Shown here piece after piece: positions 16,135 through 25,484 of a DNA stretch of 27,127 nucleotides. This DNA comes from Fonticula alba ATCC 38817 (Eukaryota; Protista; Nucleariida): assembly GCA_000388065.2 (NCBI GenBank), contig KB932202.1; one strand, given 5' to 3'. Each line of letters opens with the position of its first letter. Position 1 is the stretch's first letter. A model generated the notes under the pieces. The model worked only from the letters and a program-made list of their open reading frames with translations, searched no databases and had not been told where the DNA came from. Made by a program: the position numbers and the translations under genes.

Positions 16135-19100
16135 NNNNNNNNNNCCAAAGGCCCCCCCCCCCCCACGCACACACACACACGGTCGGCGTAGGCCGGGGAA
16201 GCAGGCCGCCGCCGCCGCCGCCGCCGCGGCAGGGCAGTCACATTATCCGACCCGGCCGGACGCTCATGCCCCTCCGCCGACTGAGCCTGCTGCCTAGGGG
16301 GGGGGACGGGGGGAACGGCGTCCTTGGCGCGATGGTGTTCCCACACGCACCCCAGCCGGGCGCGATATGTGCATATTGGGCCGCCAAGGAGGGCGGCCCC
16401 CGGCCGGCCGACTCCCAGCGGCTGGCCGTGCACTTGACCGCCGCCGGGGAGAGGCGGGGTGTTATAGTCGGATTCGGTGGACGGCCGCCGTGCCCAGGCT
16501 GCTTTCCCCCGTGTGCCTGTCGGCAGATATATATGTACATTTATAGGCGTGGCGGCCGCGGCTGCGGCACACACACACACAACCAGCGAGATTTGTTTTG
16601 GTCCGGTCGTCGTGCGGCGGCGGCGGCGCGCCGAACGGCCGCCCCACGGCTTGCGGGTTCTCCAGAAATGCCCCGCCCCGCGACCGGTGCCCTCCCCTCC
16701 CCCCACCCACCCACGCGTCGAAGATACGAGTGAACGCGCCCCTGGCCCGACCGTCCGGCGCGCGACCTGGCGCGGATGCTGCCCCTTCCCTCTCCCGGGC
16801 CGGTGGGGCCAACAACACCCCGCTCGGCCCAGCTGACAGAGCAGATCGCGAGACACGACCACCGCCGTCCCCCGTCCGCCGTCCCCACAGTCACCAGGAA
16901 GGGGCGGGGGGAGGGGCGGAGGCCAGGCGGCGAGCCGCAGAGCGAGAGCCACACCGAGAGACACGCCACACAAGGGGGGGGGGGGGGCGTCCCAGACCCG
17001 GAGAGCAACCCGCCACCGGGCGGCGGCGAGAAAAAAGACACTCCCCACGCAGCGCCCGGCGGGCGCGCCGCCCCCGGCCGCCACCGCGCCACCACCGAAC
17101 AGAGCATTGGCACTCCTGCGCCGTCGCCGCTGGGCCCGGGCGCGCCCTGCCCTCCCCCCCGTGAGGACGGCGGCAGCTCGCGCCACGCCAGGCCGTGCCG
17201 GTCCCCACCACAGGGTGTTTCACCGGGTCCCCCCGCTGCGCCCCAGCGCTTGGAGGCCCAACCCCGACCGCCCGGCCGCCCCGGTCGCCTCCCCCCCCCA
17301 TGATGGCGACGCGGTCCGAGGCAAGGGAGGGAGCCCGGCACCGGCGGCGGCCGGCGCTGGCGCACCGGCGCCATCGATGATCTGTTTGCCCGCGGCCCGG
17401 GGCCTGGCACCAGGGCCCGGACCGGCCCGACCGGCAGCCAGACGCCCGGGCGGCCCCCTCCAGGGGCTGCCGGCAGCCGGGGGTCCGTGCGCGTGCGCCC
17501 CGCGCAGACCCACCCGATCCCCCCCGGCCGGCCTCCGCGGATCCACGCCACCCGGACCCAGCTGCCCCGCCCCCCCCCCCCCCCCTCCCTCCGACGGCCA
17601 CACGGCCCGGCGCGGGGCGGCCACATGCACCCCATTTCCCGGGCGACGCCCAGAGGCCGCGGCCGGGGCGACGTACAGCCCGCTGCACATTCGCGCCCCC
17701 CCCCCCCCCGGAGCAAGAGGCCGGCCGCCACGTCTCAGGCAGGTCACCGAGAGAGACCAGGAGAAGGGGTGCCCGAAGTCTGGAGCAGCGGACCACCCGG
17801 TCTCGCGATCGCCCCCCCCCCCCGCCCTCCGCCCGGGAAAGACCACGAAGGAGGCATGCGCGCGCCAGACCCAGGGGGGGCCCGGGGCAAAAGGGGGACC
17901 GGGACGCGCCCGCCGCGGCGTCAGCTGATGGCGGCCGGCCACGCCCGCCCGTGCGGCCCTGTCGGCCGGCAGGGCATCCCCCGCTCGCCTGGCCCACACA
18001 CGCGCGCAGGTACACACAGGTGCCGCATGCCCGGCGATCGTGCAAACACCCCCGGGCCGCGCTTAATGTGCGCTCCCGGGCCCGGCTCACGGGCGGGGCG
18101 GACGCAGCATGCGACCGCGGTCGCCCCCCGGACAACGAACGGCCGGGAGGGCGCCCCCCCCCCCCTGCCCCGGTGGCGGACGGCTCATTTGGGCGTCTGG
18201 CAGGAATGCAGTATCGGTCGAGTTCCCGAAAATGCCCGGTCACGTTGGATCCCGGATCACGCCCAGTTGATGGCCATCGGCGGACTACCGGCGGGAGTCG
18301 AAGAAGCTATTGGTCGAGCGAACGACGCCAGCCCGCCCCGGGGAAAGGTCCCCAGCACTGGCAAGCCCCCCTCCCCCTCGCCCGCCCCGGCCGCGTCCGC
18401 GCTCCCGGCTGTGACCGGGCGGCAAGCAGCCCCAAGCATGCCCCGATGGATGCCCGGGGCCGCCCACGCCCGAAGGCCCACGGCCGTCGATGGCCGACAC
18501 TCGAACGACCCTGCCCGGGGTGCCCCTCTGGTGACCGGCGTCTTGGCCTCCCGGGACCAGGCAAGACAGAGACGGGTGCGTGAGCCGACATCCCAGGCAT
18601 GCCTACATTGGCCGGCGGGCGCCGCCAGCTGAGGCACCCGGCCGGCGCGACCTCCACCCTCCGCCCCGGCTGGTAGGACTCCTCCCGCCCGGTCGCGTCC
18701 GCCACATGCCAGGGGAGCGGGCGCGGGTGGGAGCGCCTCTCGCGGCGCGGGTGGCGGCGGGCGCGCGGGCCCGGCCGCCGGACCACCAGAAAGTCGCAGC
18801 TCCGCAGGGTGACCCACAATCTGCGTAACTGGGTGCGGCCGGCCAGTGATGCGCCTTAACCCGACCTAAACCCAAGGGCAGCCAGGGGGCGGCGCCCGGC
18901 CCGTCCTCGGGACAAGCACCCGCCCCTCCCCCAGGGCACGAAGCTGGCCAGAAAGGCCAACGGTCAGGACCCGGCCCCGGGGGCGCGCGGCCAGGCGCGG
19001 CAGGCGGCGATCGGCCCCGGCACTGTGCCTGCGCGTCCGGCATCCCACGTCTCCGCGCGGGAAAAAGGACCGGCGCCCCGCCCTCCTCCCTCCTGCGGCG

Positions 19101-20059
19101 GCAGCACACACACACACACACACACAAGACCGCGGCAGAGGGGACCCCACCAACGAAAGCCCTGTCCCCTGACCCGGCCCTCCGCCGCCCCCACTCTTGC
19201 CATAACTCGGTGACCACAGACACACTGAGGGCGGGAAAAGGGCGCCGCACAGCCGCGCGCCCTCTGCGTGTCCCCCCCCCCGCCCCTCCTGGCGGACACG
19301 GAAGAAGGAGAGAAAGACATATGTTGAATGTATGAATATGCTACAAGGAACACACAGGAGAAAGGGAGACCCAAGATCAGTTGTGAACTAGAAGGAGCTG
19401 CGCCGACGCAGAGGGGGGAAAAGGCTCCGGGGGGGAGGGGGGAATGTGGTGACGGGACAAGAGAGGGAGAGAGGCACACCTGCCCCGCACACCATCACCA
19501 CCACCCCCCGACACGGCGCCGCGCGTCTCCCCCCGCCCCAGACCATCTCCTCCTCCTCCTCCCCCGATGGAGGGAGGGGTGTGCGAGGGAAAGAGAGGAC
19601 GACAGGAGGGGGGGAGAAAAGTGAAAGAAACACACACACGGGGGCGTGGGAAGGAGAAATGGGGGCGGGAGAGAAACAGGGCGCACGGGGAGAGGGGGGG
19701 GGCCCCCACGCGCGCCTGCACCGTCCCCCTCCATGCCCCCACACACTACCAGGCCCCGCGCCGATGCGACGCAGAGCCGCCGCCCTGGACGAAAACCTGC
19801 GGCGGGGAGAGAGGGACCAGGACCTGGCCATCGCGCGACACGGAGAGCACGCGCGCGCGCGACTCGCTATAAGGCGGGCGCGCGCCAGCGCTGCCCCCAG
19901 CGGCGATGGAACAGGCCAACCGGGCCCACGCCCCAGGCCAACCGGGCCCACAGAGCGAGTGCCCCACTGCGGGCGGCCCTACCAGCCGCCGGAGGGGGAA
20001 ATACCGACGGGGGGAAGGACAGCCGGCGCAGTCCGGAACGCAGCAAGCGTCAAGTTCAT

Positions 20060-21019
20060 TTACAGCTTGAGCTTGGTGCGGCGCCAGTGGCGACGGCGGG
20101 CGTTGTAGCTGGAGAGGAGGAGGAGAGAGAGAGAGAGCGAGGCGGGGAAAGGGGACGGAGCAGGGAGCGGGTGTTAGCGTTAGGGAGAGGGGGGGACCGC
20201 CGCGTGCGACACCACGCATTCGCAGGTCTTTCACGGCGCGACACGGAGAGAAGGAGCAAAGGAAGAAGGCAAAACACAGGCCCCACCGGGCGCGTGCGTG
20301 CGAGTTGCACTGTCTCGCCCTCGCCCGAAGAGGCATGTTTCACACGAAGAGAGGGGGAGAGATGGCGGAGCAAAGGGAGGACACAAAAGGGCGAGCGCGT
20401 CGGGCAGCCGGACGAGAGACAGAGAGAGAGAGAGGGGGGGCAAGGGGGAGGGGGACGCACCGAATGGTGGTGTCGCTCTTGAAGCGGAACCAGTTGGGGA
20501 GGGGGCGGTTCTGGCGGCACTTCTTGCCGAGAAGGCGCTTGGTGTTGAAGGACTTCTTGGCGGTCTACGTGGATGGACGGGCGAGCGCGGCCGGGAACAC
20601 ACAGGAAGGGGGTCAGCGGGCGCGTCATGGCAGGCGGGGCTATCGGATGCACGCTGCATCCGCCAGCGGAGGTGGACTTGAGGAGGGAGGGGGCGCCGGC
20701 GCGCGCAGTCTCCCCCGCCAGGGGACGCTTGCGCGCGAGTCCGTGGAACAAGGAGGGAGAGAGGGCGCGAGGAGGGGGACAGCGCGCGGCGGCGGCCGCC
20801 GCCGGAGACTGGGTGCGCCTGCGCGGGCGCGGCAAAAGTGGCCAGACAGCCATGGCAACACACGCAGCATGTGGGCTCGCGGTGCAGTGACACGGGGGGG
20901 GGGCGGGCGGGCCGCGCGACCGCCGCAGGATCCCCCTCCGGGGCAAGAGGAAAAGGCATCGGAGAGTGTGCGACATGAGGGGGGGGGCGGGAAAGGAGAG
21001 GAGAGGGGAGACGAACCAT
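20060..21019 (-). CDS. RPL39: 60S ribosomal protein L39 (eL39), 51 aa, 3 exons; missed by the ORF track
   Basis: Exon 1 is the ATG only (21019-21017, donor GTTCGT), exon 2 is 20564-20461 and exon 3 is 20108-20060 (TAA). Product: [51 protein letters not shown], with the eL39 signature QNRP.P.W...[12 protein letters not shown] and the canonical length. Confidence 0.96.
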
Positions 21020-21033
21020 TATGACTCTCTCTC

Positions 21034-21043
21034 GAAAAAAGAA
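21034..21043 (-). promoter_or_regulatory. Candidate 5'TOP-like pyrimidine tract / transcription start of RPL39
   Basis: Minus strand TTCTTTTTTC lies about 22 nt upstream of the ATG. 5' oligopyrimidine tracts are typical of ribosomal protein mRNAs. The TSS is not demonstrated. Confidence 0.4.
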
Positions 21044-21638
21044 CTAGGGTAGTAAGCCTTCCAAGAGATCAGAGAGGGTTTGCTCGGGGAGCAGGGCGAC
21101 GGGGGGCCGTCACAAAAATAGCCAACATTCGCCGAATGGGGGCCCGGAGCCGCCGCCGCCGGGGCGCGCACATACACCGATGTCCGCCCGGGCCCTCCCC
21201 CCCCCCCCCGCATGTCCTCCGCCCCCCCCACCCGACCTCCCNNNNNNNNNNNNNNNNNNNNNNNNNNNNNNNNNNNNNNNNNNNNNNNNNNNNNNNNNNN
21301 NNNNNNNNNNNNNNNNNNNNNNNNNNNNNNNNNNNNNNNNNNNNNNNNNNNNNNNNNNNNNNNNNNNNNNNNNNNNNNNNNNNNNNNNNNNNNNNNNNNN
21401 NNNNNNNNNNNNNNNNNNNNNNNNNNNNNNNNNNNNNNNNNNNNNNNNNNNNNNNNNNNNNNNNNNNNNNNNNNNNNNNNNNNNNNNNNNNNNNNNNNNN
21501 NNNNNNNNNNNNNNNNNNNNNNNNNNNNNNNNNNNNNNNNNNNNNNNNNNNNNNNNNNNNNNNNNNNNNNNNNNNNNNNNNNNNNNNNNNNNNNNNNNNN
21601 NNNNNNNNNNNNNNNNNNNNNNNNNNNNNNNNNNNNNN

Positions 21639-21672
21639 TGTTATTGTTTCCCGCGCACGGGTCCCCCCCCCC
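21639..21672. repeat. Dispersed repeat copy A: TGTTATTGTTTCCCGCGCACGGGT+poly-C
   Basis: Identical to 23512-23547 over 24 unique nt plus the C-run. It starts at a gap edge, so it may be longer. Confidence 0.8.
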
Positions 21673-22418
21673 ACACGCACCACACACACCACGCCCGGAC
21701 CGACACGCCCACGTCCTCTCTCAGGGGGGGGGGGGAACAACTCCGCCCAGCGCCCCCGTGGATGTGCCGCCGGGCCGGAAATCGCCCAGACCACCCCCAC
21801 GCGCGAGACGCGTGAGTCGGAGAAACAGGAAAGCACGGGTGAACGAGGCCGTCACGCACAAGCCCAGACACCCGGAGGGGGGAGGTCGTGGGCCTCGGCG
21901 CCGGGGGCCTTCTCCGCCCCACCCCTGCGGGACCGCGCCCTTGGGAGGCGGCCCCGTCCATGGGAACGTCTCCCCCGGGGGACAGCGCACACACCACCCC
22001 TGCCAACTGTCCCATGCTCTCCCCGCACACACAGGGCCGCCGGCGCATCGCACATTGCGCCGAGCGCCTCCAAGGTGGCAAGCCGAACAACCCTCTCTTG
22101 CCCTTCTTCACCTCCCGGCGAGGGACCGGGGGGGGGGGGGAGGGGACACCGCGGAACGCATGCCGGCCAGCACGGAACGGCCCCNNNNNNNNNNCCCCGC
22201 CCCGGAATAGATTCTGGATGTCCAGATGCGCCCGCCGCAAGTGCCAGCGAATCCCGCTGCCGACGCTCTCCGAAGCTCTCTGGCGTGGTCATGTGCATTG
22301 ATCATGGGCGTGGGGCGGGCCGGCGCCCAGGCGAACTCCCCGCCACCTGGACCTGCCGCGCCTGGCGGCCGGGGAGAGACACGGTCCCGCACATACGCGG
22401 CGGTACGCGCGCATGTAC

Positions 22419-22419
<1 letters not shown>

Positions 22420-22477
<58 letters not shown>
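22420..22477. repeat. Poly-C tract of about 58 nt
   Basis: Direct reading; homopolymer length in a draft assembly is unreliable. Confidence 0.8.
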
Positions 22478-22478
<1 letters not shown>

Positions 22479-22730
22479 CCCTTCTGGGGCCCCACCCCCG
22501 CTGGAATTCCCCCCCACCAGGCGTGTATGTCCTTGGCCGAGCACTCATCCATCGAGACCATCTAAACCCTCCACCGAGGCCCTCAGGAAGCCAGTTAGAA
22601 AGCCGTATCGTTACGTGCCCGCCCGCTGCCGCCGCCGCCGCCCTCCTCCCACCTCTTCCGGTGTTGGCGGGGCCGGCGGGCACACACACGCACGCCGCAC
22701 GCGCACATACCTGCACCCACACACACACCC

Positions 22731-23107
22731 ACACACACACACACGGGGGATGGCCCCCCAACGAAGGCCCGCGAAGGGAGTCACCACGGCCGCCGGCCTC
22801 TCCCCGGACCCAGGGGAGGGAGCGAGACAGGCAGGGAGGGAGAGGCCTGAACCCCGCGCGGCCGGTGCCGTCCCTCCCTTTCCTCCGGACCGTCAACCAG
22901 ACAGACTNNNNNNNNNNNNNNNNNNNNNNNNACACACACACACACGGGGGATGGCCCCCCAACGAAGGCCCGCGAAGGGAGTCACCACGGCCGCCGGCCT
23001 CTCCCCGGACCCAGGGGAGGGAGCGAGACAGGCAGGGAGGGAGAGGCCTGAACCCCGCGCGGCCGGTGCCGTCCCTCCCTTTCCTCCGGACCGTCAACCA
23101 GACAGAC
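22731..23107. repeat. 176-bp duplication flanking a 24-N gap (probably an assembly overlap artefact)
   Basis: 22731-22906 equals 22932-23107, separated only by one base and Ns. Confidence 0.7.
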
Positions 23108-23511
23108 GGCGCGCGGTATATGTGTTGACTAGAATATTATATGCGCCAAATGTCTTCCCTTTTGACCTGGCTTGCGTGTGTGTGTGTGTCTGGAGGGGGG
23201 GGGGCCTGGCTCCCCTCGCCCCGCTCAGGCCATGGGGCGGCGCGCGGCCCTGTTGTCATCCCGCTGGCACTCGCCCCCCGGGCTGGGGGTGTTCTCGCGA
23301 GCGCCCGGCTAAAGACTAATGCGCCTCCCGAGGGGGGGGGCGCGAGGTTTCCAGCCCGAGGGGGAGTGGGGGCCGGCCGTGGGGCGAGGCGCCCCCCGAG
23401 GCAGTCAGCGCGCCTGTGTACGCCCGCTGCCCGTGTGCCTGCATGCTGTCAGAGCACCACGGTGGCTGTCGATTCCCCGTGCGGCGCCCTCGGCCCGGCC
23501 TCCGCGACCGG

Positions 23512-23547
23512 TGTTATTGTTTCCCGCGCACGGGTCCCCCCCCCCCC
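23512..23547. repeat. Dispersed repeat copy B: TGTTATTGTTTCCCGCGCACGGGT+poly-C
   Basis: Matches copy A at 21639; the flanks diverge after the C-run. Confidence 0.8.
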
Positions 23548-24801
23548 ACCCGCTCCCTGCCGCCTCTTGGGCAGACGCGGCCGTGAGGCGCGCGTCCCTC
23601 TGCCTGCCTCCCCCCCCCGCCGTGCGGCCGTCCGCCCAAGTGGCGGCCCTCGGCGTTCGTCCCCCAGGCCCGTCCGCCGGACGGCCGCCAGGGGAGACCG
23701 GGCTTCCGCGTCCTCCGGGGCCGAGGAGGGAGTCAACCCGGCGGCGGCGGCGGCGGCGGCGGCGACACCACCAGGCCCGCAGACCCCAGCCGATGTGTCG
23801 TGGACGGCGGTTCCCCCGCCACTGTCCCCCCCACCCCCGAGGCTCGCCGCCCGCCGGAGTTGGCTTCACTCCGGCCCGGCACCCTGCGGCGGCGCCTGCG
23901 TGTCCCTGCCCCGGAAGGCCCCGGCCAGGGTCGCGGGCACTTGTGTCCCCCCGCCGGCCCCGCGGCGCGGCGCATCGCGTGAGGGATTTGAATTTCTTTC
24001 GGGCAGCGCGCACTGACCCGGAGACACGGGTGGGATGGTGACCGGTCGAACCTGCACACGCCCACACGCCAGCAGGTGGAGTGCCCTCGCCCCGCCCCCC
24101 CCCCCCCGCTGAGTCTAGTCTCGCCAGGGCGGGGAGCCCAGCCAGGCAAGCGCCCCCGGGCGCCAGGAGAGTAGACACTTGCAACCGGCGGGGGGGGGGG
24201 CGAGTCCCGGGGACAAGAGACAGTCACTTGAGCCCTCTCGGCTTAGCCCCGGGTGGCGGCGGCACCCGGCGCTTCGCGGCTCGGGCCTTCTTTTGTGTGC
24301 GGGGGGCCGGGGGCGGGGGCGGGAGTCAGGCCGGGCCGGCACTCCGCCAGCTGGCCGTTTCTCAGCCGACGGTCACATTCCCCCTCCCCGGGTGCCCGGG
24401 TCCCCAAACCGGCTCCCGCGCGCACGCACGCACACACCCGCCCAGGGGGGGTGGAGGGGGGGGGCGGGGGGGGCGGGGGGCGGGGCGACAGCGGCCAGGC
24501 CGCAGGCCCCCGCACCCCGGCCCAGGGCGCGCCGCACACCCAGGGTCCACGTCTCCTTGCCCCCCACCCCCCCCGCGCCCGCCTCGGCAGGACAGCAGTC
24601 ACACACCGTCGAGGGGGCGCGTGCCTGGGCCGATATGCGCGCACGCACACACGTCCGCGAGAGGGCGGGAGGGAGCACGCGCCGCGACCGGCCCTCGGCC
24701 GTGCTCGGTGCCCTGCGCCCTGCGCCCGCCTCGGGGTTTCGACTGTTATTTCTCGCCGCCCGCTGATCGTGACGCACCCATGCCGCCTCCCTCCATAAGA
24801 A

Positions 24802-24955
24802 GTCCGTGAAGTTGTCCTAGCCCCCGGCTCGTTTCAACTCTCCCGTATTTCGTATCCCCCTCCCCCTTCACACACACTGTACAGCCCCCCCCCCTCCCCC
24901 CTCCCCCTCCCTCTCTTTCCCCCCCTCTTTTGTCCCCGCTTTCCCCCCCTATCAG
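24802..24955 (+). other. Probable 5'-leader intron upstream of alpha-tubulin (NAGNAG acceptor)
   Basis: Donor GTCCGT matches the window consensus. A long pyrimidine tract ends in CAGCAG (AG at 24954-55 or 24957-58). The 154-nt length is typical for this window. Confidence 0.45.
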
Positions 24956-25484
24956 CAGCGCCAATGCCGGAGCTCGGTCGTCCAGTGAGCCCTGCTGCCT
25001 GCTGCGCCTCCCCCTCCCCAGGTCGCCTCCCCTCTGCCATGGGCCTGTGCCTCTGGCTGCTGGCCTACAATGATGGGGCCTTTGTCAGGTCACTTGTGTG
25101 CAAGTGTCGCCTCTCTATCCTGCCGCCGCCGCCGCCGCCGCCGCCGCTGCCACTGTGGCCGTCACCACTGTATGCCCTGCGTGTTGGTGGTGGCAGCACA
25201 TGCGCGTCGCCACCACTCCTCGCCTCTTGGCGAGGCGAGCCACGCGCTCCCCGTCGGGGGACAGCCCTTTCCCGACGCGCCCCTGCCACCCCCCCTCCCC
25301 CTCCCCAGCACCCCCCCTCCCCTCTTCGCGCTACTCACACNNNNNNNNNNNNNNNNNNNNNNNNNNNNNNNNNNNNNNNNNNNNNNNNNNNNNNNNNNNN
25401 NNNNNNNNNNNNNNNNNNNNNNNNNNNNNNNNNNNNNNNNNNNNNNNNNNNNNNNNNNNNNNNNNNNNNNNNNNNNNNNNNNNN

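Noticed and set aside
16588-16652. Sm-like GATTTGTTTTGG followed by a GC hairpin
   Set aside because: No snRNA 5' signature upstream, the site is non-canonical, and the stem lies in a (GGC)n tract.
18180-18353. RNase MRP/P-like motifs GGGGAAAGGTCCCC (18340-53) and ACGGCTCATT (18180-89)
   Set aside because: The CR-V-like piece lies upstream of the CR-I-like piece (wrong order), both are imperfect, and no P4 pairing can be built.
18855-18873. Telomere-like CTTAACCC / CCTAAACCC
   Set aside because: Only two non-identical, non-tandem units; compatible with chance.
19764-19826. R-SNARE-like peptide ALDENLRRGERDQDL
   Set aside because: No heptad continuation, no TM anchor, and strand skew suggests the minus strand is the sense strand here.
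20109-21016. Canonical box C/D or H/ACA snoRNA in the RPL39 introns
   Set aside because: No RTGATGA box C or ANANNA H box was found on the sense strand; only generic hairpins (kept as a weaker finding).
22731-23107. 176-bp direct repeat as a biological duplication
   Set aside because: The copies sit on both edges of a 24-N gap, the typical signature of unmerged overlapping contig ends.
24044-24052. tRNA T-loop-like GGTCGAACC
   Set aside because: It lacks the TTC motif and no cloverleaf can be built.
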